A stretch of 64,000 bases of DNA from Lama glama (taxonomy: Eukaryota), in assembly GCA_028534125.1 (NCBI GenBank), contig CM052817.1, positions 104,534,001 to 104,598,000 on the forward strand, in the 5' to 3' direction. Below are positions 39,334-51,114 of this stretch, one piece after another. How positions within the stretch are numbered: position 1 is the stretch's first letter; the number at the start of each line of letters is the position of its first letter. The position numbers were made by a program, and so were the translations under genes. Below the pieces are notes generated by a model. That model ran no database searches and had not been told where the DNA came from. It saw nothing but the letters and a program-made list of their open reading frames with translations.

Positions 39334-39924
39334 CTAAAATGTAGAAAAACATATAACATAGTCAGATACATAAATGACTTCTGTCAAAAACTTTTCTTTG
39401 GAAATAAAAATTTAAAACATGCAGATTTTTGACTGTGTGTCAGTGCCCCTAGCCTCCACAGTGTTCAAGGGTCAACTGTATTCACAACTATTCTCCAATG
39501 ATGTAAGAAAATAAAGGCACAGAAACGGTCAATAAACCCAGTTCTTCAACTGTTCCATCTTCAAAGCAGATACAGAGAGTGCAGACTGTGAGAAGACTCA
39601 CACAGCCAGAAACTAAGAAAGTTACGGGGGGGCAGCAGGAGGAACACAGGATGTTAACGGGAGCCTGACTGTAGAAGCTGCGCATGGAACAGGGTGGGCA
39701 GCAAATAAAGCAAGATCAAAGTTGGGCTCATAGGAAATTAGGGGCAGAGGAAATAGATAAGCCATCTCAAAATCAGCACTTCCAAAAGGGAGCAAATTAT
39801 TTTCCCATTCAAGCCTTAGGCCAGTTAACTAGGTCCTCTAAACCAGCTGTCTGCAGTTCAATAATTTTTTTTATTCCTACATAATTCTATCTCTTATACC
39901 TGACCTATATTATTGAGGAATTTT

Positions 39925-40150
39925 GTTTGGTTCCCTGTAATAGAAAGCCAAAACAATAATGGCTTAACCCAGATGAAGTTTAGCTCTCTCATGTAAAAAG
40001 TAGGAGCTGGAGGCTCCACTCCACAAAGCCCTGAGATCCAGACTCCTTCCATCCTGTGATCAACCATCCCTGGACTGTAACCTCGTATATATCCATATAA
40101 TTCAGAATGGCTTAACACCAGGTCTACAATCCAGCCAGTGAAAAGCAGAG
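39925..40150 (-). mobile_element. Old MLT1 (J/K-like) fragment
   Basis: aataatggcttaacccagatgaagtttagctctctcatgtaaaaagt...gactccttccatcctgtg. Confidence 0.5.
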
Positions 40151-41060
40151 AAGAAAAACTTTATATTATATAAAAAGGAAGATTCTATAAGGGAAAATAT
40201 TAAATGCAATCTTTATTCTCAGAAAAAAATACATGATTAGAGACGAAAAATGAAGAGGCTATTAGGGGACAGTTGGGAGTCTAACATACCTAATCCTTGA
40301 AAAGGTCAAGTGTTTCTAAAATGTTCTCTTCAAAACTGTCACTGTCTTAACGCAGTGATCTTTTATGATTAGGTTGGCCTGTAGGTTCTCACTGCAAGTC
40401 CTCTTTTCACTGGAAGTCAGTTTATCTTTCTAGACACGAGTTAGTACAGTCCTTCTTCTCTGCTAAAGAGTCTCACTCACTCAGTTAGGTCCTCAGTCCT
40501 CAACATGGAAAACAACCCGCCCAACCTGCTTCTCCAACACTGCTCCCTGTTCTTCAAAAGACCCTTCGTCCCATTCTTACTACCTCCTCACCATTTCCAG
40601 AACACAGCTTGTTTTATTACTTCTTGAGATTGTATTTGTTGTTACCTCTGCCTGCAAGCTCCTTTTCCTTACTTGTCCTTTGATAAGACACAGCTCAAAG
40701 TCTCTTCCTTTGTAAAACTCTCCAGGCAGAGTTAATTAAAATAACTACCTCATTCACACATGTATTCATGTCTTCCACAAATATTTACTAAAATATTCAG
40801 TAAGTATCTACTTTTCACTTCTTGATAAATCTGACCAGAGAAGACTAAACTCCAGGTCTGAAATCCAGGATGTCCCTGGGAGTTGGTTACAGGCAGAGGA
40901 GTACAAAGAGTGAAACCATCACGGAAGAGTATGTGTGTTCTTTTGAGAGTCTCTGCACACATCGAAGTGAGGAAGGAAGCAGAAAGAAAGGTGCGATAAG
41001 GCATTTTTGTGCATGCAGTTCACCTGGCAAGAATAAATCAAGTAAAAACTTTCAGAACCA

Positions 41061-41629
41061 TGCTAGGTTGCCTCTAAGATGCCCTCAATGAACCCCACCT
41101 CCTGATAGCTATGCTCGTGTGAAATCCCCTTCCCTTGAGCATGGGCTGGACCTGGTGGCTCACTTCACTGACAAACATTTGGCAAAAGCAATGAATATCA
41201 ATTCCAAGGTTAGGTTATGAAAGGACTCTGGTTTCCTCTTGCCCACTCTCTCCGTTGCTCTCTCAATTCCCTCTGATGGAAACAGCTGTCTTGCAGTCTG
41301 CTGCCCTATGGAGAGGCCTATGTGACCAGTAACTGAGGGAGGTCCCAGCCAACAGCCAGTGAAGAACTGAGACCCTTGGTCCAACAGTCCACAAAGAGCT
41401 GAATCCTACCAAGAGCCATGTGAGTGAGCTGGGAAGTGGATCCTCCCCAGTCGTGCCTTGAGATGAAACCACAGCCTTAGGTCATACCTTGACAGCGACC
41501 TTGTGAGAAATCTTGCAGAGAATCTAGGTAAGGAACGCCTGATCTATGACCCACAAAAACTGTGATAATAAATTCTGTGTTTTAAGCTGATAAATTGTGA
41601 GATAGCTTGTTAAAGAGGTAACTAATGCA
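41061..41629 (+). mobile_element. MLT1 (E/F-like) solo LTR
   Basis: TG...CA ends; ccccttcccttgagcatgggctggacct, gccctatggagaggcctatgtg, aactaatgca. Confidence 0.85.
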
Positions 41630-41849
41630 AAACCAAAAAAAAAAGCAAACATATCTTTGAAAAGATAGCTTTATCTATATATTCCCACAAATAAAATGCT
41701 TTAAAAAAGTGAAAAAAAAAGGTCACAAAAACCTCAAGAAAAAGAGAGTCTCTGAAGCTGTAAAACTTAAGTTACAGAACTGTATAACATCATTACAGCA
41801 GTAAGTCCCAGTCTATAAAAAATTTCTTTTAAAGACTTAAAAACTTTCT

Positions 41850-43462
41850 GATACTGTCGAGGGTTAGGGATTTGAAAGATTTGTGAAATCAAAAACTTTA
41901 TATTGGCACATTTCACTGTATTTTTATTGTATACAGATATAAACACAAAAAGAAAGAGGTAAGAAAAAATTACCATTAGACAATAATGGAGAAAATGACA
42001 TTTTAGTTACAGCCCTCTCCTCTGACAACCCCCCTCCTTCCCACCGACACTGACCAGATAACTGACTAATCCAGGATGTCAGTTGCTGGCTGGGTTCCAG
42101 GTGGAATGCTGGAGTGTCCCCTGGGGCTTGTTGTGGCTGGTGGCTCCACGGTAACTGGGCAGAGCCCTGGGTGGGTCAGTGCCCTGGAGGGGCTGCTGTC
42201 CTCTGTGGAGCTTAGCTTTGGGCTGATCCTTAGGAAGCTGAGTGTGGTCCTGGTGTTGCTGCTGCCCAATGGCCTGTGTTCTCAGCTCATGTTCCAGAGC
42301 CTCCGCTGGGAGACAGTGTTGAGGTCTGTCCTCCCCTTGTTGGTGGGTGTGTTATTTACTTGCAGACTTATCCAGCTATTAGAAGTCAACTTAATAGAAG
42401 ACATGAAAAGCAACTGGCAAAAACACTGGCTGCACAGATTGAGGAGAAATGCCACCTCACTGACAAGCTGTGTGTGGCTAAAAAGGAGTGCGCCAGGATG
42501 GAGACAACTGTAAGGAACGCCAGGCTGGAGGAGGAGCCAGTAAACATACCCAGCCTCGCTGACACTTACAGGAAGTTGACGATGGTCAACCTGGTTCGAG
42601 GAAGGAAATCAATTTTCTCGTCCAAGAACTGAAGAGAGAGAGATCCATGCAGTCTATACGTTAAGAGATGGCGGAACTGCTAAAAGTGCTCAAGTTCCTG
42701 GAGGAGGTCACGAGAATCAGCGCATCACAAGAGGCTTTTACAAACCAGCCAGGGGACCAAGCACCAAGTCCTGCTGGTCCCTTTCCCAGGAGTGGGCCCT
42801 CGTGTTAAAGCTGTGCTGTCCCCTCCCCTCCACTCAGGCCTCCCAAACTGCCCGGCTGCACTCACTCACTCAGCCAGATCTCCACCTGAGCTGCGCTGAG
42901 ACCCATGGGTGGAGGGCAGCCCCCTCCTCTGGACCAGAGTTCCTCCAACTTCATCCGCCAGCACAGCAGTGAGCTCCTTCAGGGTCACCTAAAGTATGCT
43001 GGAATTCCCAGAGACCACGACGCATGGGACTTTTTTATATTCAGCAAATGTCTGGATTATCTCTTACCAGTTGTGAAAGAAATGCTGTAGTTGAGACTGA
43101 TCTTCTACTTAGTTTGAATCTATATTATGCCTCATTTCTCAAGACAGTGTGGGTAACTATCATATATCAGCAATGTAAGTACAATGTATATATAGTTATT
43201 CTGTGTACAAATACTGCATTATAATTTGCAAATGCATGCAACTTGTCAGTATAAACTTTTAGATAGCCAAAGCATTCTAGAGTTTAATTCTGAAGTTGTA
43301 AGTTTAGAGCCTTTTTTCACCTGAGTATGTATAGTTTAAAAAAAAAAAAGATGAACTTTTTAAAGATGAAGTTAAACTGTACTCTTAAACTTTTATCATT
43401 TAATTTTTATATTCTGCTATAACAATATCCATAATAAAAAATAAATTTGATAAATTAAAAAA
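41850..43462 (+). pseudogene. Processed pseudogene (retrocopy) of a diverged cTAGE/MIA2-family gene, antisense within TMA16 intron 1
   Basis: Three frames join into ...FGLILRKLSVVLVLLLPNGLCSQLMFQSLRWETVLRSVLPLLVGVLFTCRLIQ/AIRSQLNRRHEKQLAKTLAAQIEEKCHLTDKLCVAKKE...SLADTYRKL.../KEINFLVQELKRERS...*EMAELLKVLKFLEEVTRISASQ, colinear with the recalled cTAGE5 N-terminus (TM + first coiled coil). No introns; AATAAA 43433-43438; A tract 43457-43465; candidate TSD 41831-41849 / 43463-43481. Confidence 0.8.
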
Positions 43463-45433
43463 AAAGATTCAAAACCTTTCTTTAGAACAAGAAATAGTTT
43501 GATACCCTAGGAGTATAAAAGTGCACAGCTTTAAAAGATCTCAGTTAAAGAACTTTCAAGACTTTGTACAAAGAAAGTACAAAGAAACTGAACTTACATT
43601 CTGACTCAACTGTAGATAATGATTCCTTGTGATAATTTATTCATGAAAAGGTTGCCTCAAGGCAGTTTATGAATATATAATACGGCACAAACTATGTAAC
43701 ATAAAACGTTAAACTTCACAACATTTTTATGTTTCAATATATTAATTTTTTTCAAAAAAACCAACAAAATACTGTAACAGGGAAGTGAAGACAAATCCTA
43801 CCAATAAAAAGTTAATCTATTAATTACAATCTACTCAAGCTAAATAGCTCTAAAAATCAATATCCATCAGTCAGGGGTTCTCCCAATTTATTTTGTAAAA
43901 CATCTGACAATTCATAAGAGTACAGAATGTAAACGTAACAAAACTGGGGGGAGGGGATTAAGGTGTATTTTCAATAAAAAAATTAGTATTTTATGTTTCA
44001 AAAAGTGCCAAATTTAACTTTCAAAAATTAGCAAAAATCCACTTCTTTTCATATGCGTAACTAACAGGCTATTTTGAATAATAGAAACTTTGGAAAAGTT
44101 TCTGGCAACATAGAAATATTCCAGTTAAGAAAACCAGCATTAAATGTCTCTCACATACAATATTTAATGATTACTTCAGGAAATTCAATCTAAATTATTC
44201 TTTGAATTCATACTTGAGATAAACAAAGAAAACATGTAACTAGTTTGTTCAAACAAAACAGCAACAGAAAGAAGTATTTCAGGGGTAATATGCTTCAAGT
44301 ATTTCTGTTAAAATCATAAACAACAAAAAGGAGCTTTTCCTAAAAGACTATCAAAGTCATCATAGAATCTAGGCTACACTAGAAACAGAAATGTCATTTT
44401 GACTCTCAATATAACCTGAAATCTAGAAGAATGATCATTTCACCAAACATACTTAAGGTACACCAAAGTGTATGAATACGTAAGAAAAAAAAAAAAAGTA
44501 GAAGAGTAAAGCCACACCTACAACTGAGAAAGCTTACAGTATACAATAAACTTTAAATCCCAAATACCCTTAACACCAAAATAAATTCTAGAACATGATG
44601 TACTAAGTCACTTAACATCACTAACATGATGGAAATGTAATGGACTTACTAAGAGAATCTGCACCATTTTTTTTTTTTTGCAGTTAACTCTACCCCCAAA
44701 AATCCTAGTACAATTCCCCTGCTTAACCTAAATTAGATGGCAACAGTGTCAATGACAAATACCTAGAGCTTCCAGAAAGGAACTTACTGGACCATTTTCA
44801 ATTCAAGTTCACCTCCTTCGTGAAGCTATCCACAAATACGTAACCATTTCAGATCACAGTACATTTAGCACTTAATATACTACACTGACCAGTCATCTAG
44901 TTTTACACTTGTGCTCATCTCCCCCACTGTAGCTCCCTGAAGGCTACAGACACATCCTATCAGGTTGAAAATAAAAGTTTCAAAGAAATAAAAGTGGGAG
45001 GTGGACCCAAGTGAACATTTTACTGAGCACCCACAGTAAGCTGCACACTGAACTAGTATAAATAAAAAATATTTTAAAGTTCTTTAAAGCAGTGTGAAAT
45101 AATTCATATAAAATAATTTTTAGAAAGCTCATAAATACTCTCCTTAGCATTAAGAAAACATCTTAATTCTTGAATACCGACTTTTATCTTTCATGCGAAA
45201 ATCTAACATCAAGCTCAACTTTGTTAGTCCTGACTTACCCATCAACATCTAGTCAGAATTAACCTTTTCGCCCATTCTCTGCTACCACTCTTTACACCTT
45301 TACCTTGTACCAGTGTTCACTGTCAACAACAACAAAAACACCCACAAACCTACAGAGCACATACTACCATGTACTAGGACAGGCAGTGAGATTCCAGGAT
45401 CAAAAACAGACACGAACTTGCTTACATTCTTAG

Positions 45434-45520
45434 TTATCTCATAAATAACTATACAGTGTACAATCTTGTTATCTCATGAGTAACTACATAGTTTATCTTA
45501 TCTCATGAGTAACTACATAG
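45434..45520. repeat. Three-copy local duplication of a 23-mer
   Basis: TTATCTCATAAATAACTATACAG (45434), TTATCTCATGAGTAACTACATAG (45469 and 45498, identical). Confidence 0.85.
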
Positions 45521-45930
45521 CTGGCCAGAAAATGGCCCAGCACTTAACAGGCGGACCTAACTTTGGGAAATCAGGAAGACTCCCTGAGGAAGTGACTGAG
45601 ACCTACTTGTTTTCTTAAGGATGATGTGAGCTGCTGTATAAAAAAGTTTGGAAGGAGGTAAAGCAAACAGAAGTAAGACTACTGAAGTACTGAGGTAGGT
45701 CATTAAGAAAAAATGACAGCTGAGAAGCATTAAGGGTGGTGAAGTGAAGATGGAGAGAAATGGCAAGGCGTGAGATGCATATGAAGACAGAATGACGGGA
45801 CTGAACACGGACGGTGGGGTACGGGAAGAATCAAGTATGACTCCCAGGTCTGCAACACAAGCAACCACGTGATCAGAACACTGCTCACTAAGATGGCACA
45901 CAAGACGGGGGCATCAGGAATTCACTGTGA

Positions 45931-46089
45931 GGGGGGAAGGAGGATAGCTCAGCGGTAGAGCACATGTTTAGCACACATGAGGTCCTCGGTTAAATCGCCA
46001 GTACTTCCATAATAAACAAACAAGCCAAATTACGCAGCCCCCATCCCGGGAAAAAAACTCATTAAAAAAAGTTTTAAATTAAAAAAAAA
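45931..46089 (+). mobile_element. tRNA-derived SINE (camelid vic-1-like)
   Basis: ggggggaaggaggatagctcagcggtagagcacatgtttagcacacatgaggtcctcggttaaatcgccagtac followed by an A-rich tail. Confidence 0.85.
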
Positions 46090-46399
46090 TTTTTGACTTT
46101 AAGACACTGGTTTAAGATGCCCTGGAGACAGCTAAGTAGAGATGTAAAGCAAGTAAATAAATTCATGAGTCTGGCAGTTAGTAAAACGGTCTTGGCTGAA
46201 GATATGAATTTGGGATAACCTGGGGTTAAAGGTGGTACTTTAAAGCCACAAAGACAATAAGGTTTTCTTCAGAAGAATAAGAAAAGGGACTAGGGCTAAG
46301 CTCAGATGAACAGATATTTAATAAGCACCTCTGATGTAACAGGCACTGTTATGAAATCAATGATGAAAAGATTAGTTACCTAAAATAAAAACAGGAAAA

Positions 46400-47010
46400 A
46401 GAACACAAAGAGCCACAGAAAAAGTAAATATAAATGTTTTTAAAGTGTTGAAAAGATGTGTGCTTTACCTTAAAAGAAATGTAAATTAGAACTTCAATAA
46501 AATACAAATTTTAATGTATAAAAATATTTTTAAAAATTATTAACACTGCATTAGTGAGGGTGTGGGTGAGTTAGCAGTCTGATTAATAAGTGGAATGTAA
46601 ACTGGTACAAGCTTCTGGAAGGCAATTTGATAGATTTTATCAGGATAAAAACCACACATCTTTTGCTTAAATAATCCTACTTCTATTAATTTAATGCAAG
46701 ACATATTTACACATACACAAAATAACTAATCATCATCAATGCAGCAGTGTTTGTGTTAGCAAAAGAATGAAAACGGCTTAAGTGTCCATCAGTGACCTAG
46801 TAAATAAACTGCAGGAAAAGCAAACAAGAGCATGGCAGCTGTTAAACAAGCAAGGGGTAGACCTCTCTGTACTCACATGATTGCGCTCTAAGATCACGTA
46901 TGACCAAAACACAGGGGCACAGGAGTGTCTAGCGCACTGTTTCTGTAGAAGGGGAGGCAGAGGGCACATGAATATGCTAGTACATTCATGTGAAGTATCT
47001 GAACGGTTAT
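46400..47010 (+). mobile_element. L1ME-type 3' region
   Basis: ggaatgtaaactggtacaagcttctggaaggcaatttg, gcagtgtttgtgttagcaaaaga...aagtgtccatcagt. Confidence 0.7.
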
Positions 47011-47082
47011 CTAAGGAACTGCTCTAACTAGTCGGTTGTCAGTTGCACTAGCAAACTAGGAAACAGAGTTGGAGATTTTGTT

Positions 47083-47555
47083 TGTGGGCAGGATAGTGCC
47101 ATCCTTCCCAAAAACGTCCATGCTCTAATTCCCCGACACCTGTAAATGTATTACCATACGTGGCATGAGACGCATCAAAGACCTTGAGATGGGGAGATCA
47201 TACCGGAACCTCCAAATGGGCCTGACGTAATTACCAGGGACTTTGTAAGAGGGAGGCAGCAGGAGAGGTGTGGCCTTCTCTCAAGGCAGGTATGAAGATG
47301 CTACACTGCTGGCTTTCAAGATGAAGGAAAGGGCTAGAGTCAAGGGCTACAGGCAACCTCTAGCAACAGGAAAAAATAAGAGATCCTCCACAAGAGTCTC
47401 TTGAAGGAAGACAGTCTTGCCAACACTTGAATTTTAGCTCAGTGAAACTCATTTTTGGACTTCTGATCTTCAGAAATGTAATAGAATGAATCTGCGTTGT
47501 TTTAAGTCATTAAATTTATATTACTTTTCCACAGCAGTAACAGAAAATTAATACA
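47083..47555 (+). mobile_element. MLT1 (C/D-like) solo LTR
   Basis: tgtgggcagga...gaccttgagatggggagatcat...ctgctggctttcaagatgaaggaaagg...aaattaataca. Confidence 0.85.
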
Positions 47556-47729
47556 CTTCATGGACAACCGTATTTTACTGTTTGATTCTTTTTTAAAACC
47601 ACGTACATGCAGTTTTATTCCAAAAAAGGCTGGCATACTAGGCAGAGTTTCATTAATGGTTCTGGTCAGTTTTACTAACTTTCAGGAGCAAGTTTTTACT
47701 AGCAAGTCATCTCTTTAATATTAAATTTA

Positions 47730-48360
47730 TCAGCATAAAAACAGAAACAGACAATTAGAACAGAATCAGGAGTCCAGGAATAAACTCAAGCATATAATGG
47801 ACAACTAATAATATTTGACAAGCAAGCCAAGAATGTTCAATGGGGAAAAGACAGTCTCTTCAATAAATGGTACTGGAAAAACTGGATATTCTCATGCAAA
47901 AGAGTGAAACTGGTCCCCTGTCTTACACCACTGGCAAAAACTGACTCAAAATGGATTAAAGATTTAAATGTAAAGCCTAACCCATAAAACTCTTAGAAAA
48001 CATAGGGAAAAAGTTCCTTGACACTGATCCTGGCAATGACTGTTTGGATGACACCGAAAGCACAAGCAACAAAGGTAAAAATAAACAAGTGGGACTACAT
48101 GAAACAAAGAAGCTCCTGCACAGCAAAATAAACGATCAACAAAATGAAAAGGAACCTACGGGAGTTCTGAGACAATATCTGCAGAATCATGTATCTGATA
48201 CGTAGTATCCCATATTTATAAGCATGTATATGTATATACACACATAAATCTATAAGGAATTCATGCAACTCAATAACAAAAAACCAAACAAACTGATTAA
48301 AAATTGGGCAAAGGACCCGAATAGACATTTTTCCAAAGAAGGCATACAATGACCAACAGG
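47730..48360 (+). mobile_element. L1 ORF2 3' fragment
   Basis: agacagtctcttcaataaatggtactggaaaaactggata, aaaatggattaaagatttaaatgtaa, aatagacatttttccaaagaag. Confidence 0.9.
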
Positions 48361-48384
48361 TACTACTACCATTACTAAAGTTGA

Positions 48385-48595
48385 CTACAACAAGTAACAT
48401 TTTACTAAGGACCAGACGTTGGGCTAAGTGGTTTACATTTAATTTCCACAACTCTGAGGCAGGCACCATGATTATCCCAACTTAGCAGAACAACCTAGTC
48501 TTAGAGGGATTAAGTAACTTCACCAAGACCATAACTTAGCAAAGACAGGTGCCAAACTCATCTTCCAGGACTCCACTGCCCACATTCTCAGATGT
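48385..48595 (-). mobile_element. MIR
   Basis: ccacaactctgaggcaggcaccatgattatcccaactt...ttaagtaacttcaccaagaccata. Confidence 0.7.
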
Positions 48596-49489
48596 ATGAA
48601 AGAAGTTTAAAGCAACTGACGTAAAAGTCTAGATGGAAAACCTCCAGTGACAAGCTGAATTTACAAGAGAAGATACATACAGCAGAGCCACTTGTCCCAG
48701 GAAATATGCCAATGAGAACAGATCAGTATACTGCCTTCTTGACTCATGACAATGCTACTATACAGCCTGACAAAAGGGAAGTTCTGATAGTCAACGACAA
48801 GCAGTAAATTGCCAATTAGCCCCCAATCATTCACACACAATTGCATTATCAACGCTTTCAAGGTTCACTCTGCAAAAGAAAGGCTAGGAGAGAAAACTAA
48901 AAAGGGTTGGCAATAGCATACAGTGCTAAGTAAAAAGACTGAATTCACACAAACGTGTGTGTTCTAAAGCAAAAAGACTGTGGATAGACATGAAAGACGA
49001 AAACACAATGAAAAGGAGAAAAAGAAAATGGAAAGCAACAGAGAAAGGGGGCGGATGACACTGAGACCAGAGTATCATAACTTTTAAACAGATTATAAAC
49101 TTTTAAATGTAGCTGTTTTTATCAGAAACTGAAAAATGTTTAAATTATACTTATGAAATGTATACAATGCGTAAAAATACTTATAAACATGTTCCTAATC
49201 AAGAATTATTCTCAAGAACGTAAGTGAAAAAAGCAAGTAGCAGTTTTGGAATACAAACATAAGCTGTACGATGAAAAGACAAGCAAGCGGAATTTAGATC
49301 CTGTTTATCCCTGAGTACCTCCTGGAGATTACAAGTTCAAGGGACACACAGAGGGTCTCAAAAACTGTTACTGTGTTTTATTTCTTAAAGTGAATAACAG
49401 ACACACAAGAAGCCCGTATACAGTTGATCTTAATGCTTAACTGTGTCATGTAAACGCTTTTTCGCATTCACTCCACTTTTAACAAAAAC

Positions 49490-50560
49490 AGTCTCAGCGT
49501 GGTGGAGGGAACCGGGACGTGGAGGCAGGGTCCGGGGCAGGAGTGTGGGTCACTGGAGGGTGGAGAACGGACGCGAGGCCCCGCGGCCCCGCCGCCCACG
49601 CCGCTTTCCCGCGTTCAGCGGCACCCCCCCCCCCCACACCCGCCGTGCCCCGCGTTTACAGCCCGGTGGGGAGTGGCACAGGGGGAGGCGCGCGCTTCCC
49701 GCGAGGGGGCAGCACCTCCGGACTCGGCCCTGAACCCGGGACCCCCACCACCCACCATTCCCACTCCACACCCCGCTTCCCGGCGGTCCGACGCCGGCCG
49801 CCCTCCCCGCCGCCGACCGGAGCCTTCCAGAAACGGGTGGTTTCAGGGGAGCGGGAGGGACCCACCATGTCGACGTCCTCGCGGCCCGGGACCTCGGACC
49901 CCACACGCAGGAACCTCACAGTCAGCAGAGACCTCAACTCACGCGACGACACCGGCCAAACCCACGAGGGGCGGAAGAAGCCGGGCGGCCCGACCGGAAG
50001 GGGCGGGACGAGTGCTCTTCCCTAAGACGTCGCGGGAAACAAGACCCAGTCTTTGTGGGCCGCCGTGGACTCACGCCCCTCCCGAGTGTAAGGGCTCTCC
50101 AGGAGCTCGCGGGCGGGCGGTGAACCGGACCAGCGCAGGGCGTGAGCCCGCGTCCTGGGCTCGGGGCTCCCGGCACTGGCCGGGTGGGATCTCGGGCGTT
50201 CGCCGGGCGCGCGTCTCCGGCGCCGCACAGCCCCTCCGCAGGAGGCCGCCCGCTGCGCACAGCGCCCGGGGCCGCCGGGTGGCGCAGGGCCCACGCCGCC
50301 TGAGCAAGGCCTTCCCCCAGCTTCGGGTCCTCTCCTGTGAAGGCCCCTCTGCGCATTCAGAGCTCCTTCCCCCCGAGTTGTTCTGTCTCTCGTCACTGTG
50401 TGAGTCTTTGTTACGTCTACACTTGTTAGGATTCCGTGGACAGTACATTCGTTCAGCAGATGTTGAATGAATGCCTGCTGCGTGCCAGGCGTTGGGAATA
50501 CGACCACCATATCCCTGCCCCTCCCTCAGCTCAAATTACAGTGCGACGTGCGAATGGAAA
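49490..50560. promoter_or_regulatory. TMA16: CpG island / TMA16 promoter and exon 1
   Basis: Very GC- and CpG-rich; ETS-like CCGGAAG 49994-50000 and GCGGAAG 49971-49977, GC box GGGGCGGGA 50000-50008, E2F-like GCGGGAAA 50032-50039. Confidence 0.9.
49866..49868 (-). CDS. TMA16: TMA16 exon 1 coding part (ATG only)
   Basis: Minus strand GACGTCGAC ATG|gtgggt; phase 0 joins exon 2 to give MPKAPKGK; total CDS 3+113+38+85+149+43+181=612 nt = 203 aa + stop. Confidence 0.85.
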
Positions 50561-50636
50561 AAACAACAGTTAATATTGCCTACACGTAGGGGCCTCTGAA
50601 GTACTCTTTTGAAAATAAAAACTGAGCAGAGACCTA

Positions 50637-51114
50637 TGTTAAAGCCAAAAAAATTATTCAAGACACTTGGTAAGGAAAGGTCAGGATGACTTCATTCCAG
50701 GGACACCTCCGTATACATAAGGATCACCACGGTGGGGAAGAGATAGGGGTTCAACTCCTACTATAGTGTGGACAGGTGCAAATTTACAGCCAAGGAGCAG
50801 GGTGAGGGTTGGTGGATGGAAATTAGTTAGAGGAAACAGCCGGGGTAAGGGGGATATTCTGGCTAAACTATCCTAACAGCCTGGAAGCAGGCAGGCTGGT
50901 GTGATCGACATCACCTGGAAGATGGTGGCTCATCAGAATGAGTTACAAATAAAGGAGGGTAACCTGATGTGGAGGGTTGGGGAGTCCGGCTAAACTGACT
51001 TTCTTGCTAAAATCGGACAATGTAGACAAGAACAGGAATTCCAAAATTCCAGGCCTAGTTGAAAAGAGTTCAGGGGAGCCTGAGTACAGTTTGGTCAAAG
51101 AGAGAATCTCGTCA
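50637..51114 (-). mobile_element. ERV solo LTR just upstream of the TMA16 promoter (family unresolved)
   Basis: TG (50637)...CA (51114); flanks ccta/cctg resemble a 4-bp TSD; sequence resembles old eutherian LTRs; orientation tentative. Confidence 0.7.

Larger units (their letters stand above)
45340..46300 (-). mobile_element. L2 fragments interrupted by a SINE
   Basis: ggaaatcaggaagactccctgaggaagtgac, gaagaatcaagtatgactcccagg, ggctgaagatatgaatttggga. Confidence 0.65.

Noticed and set aside
45931..46010. tRNA gene call
   Set aside because: Degenerate B box, A-rich tail and homology to two other copies show it is a SINE
49443..50510. Long ORFs (up to 323 aa) over the CpG island
   Set aside because: Pro/Arg/Gly-rich translations in several frames are the usual result of stop-codon scarcity in CpG islands
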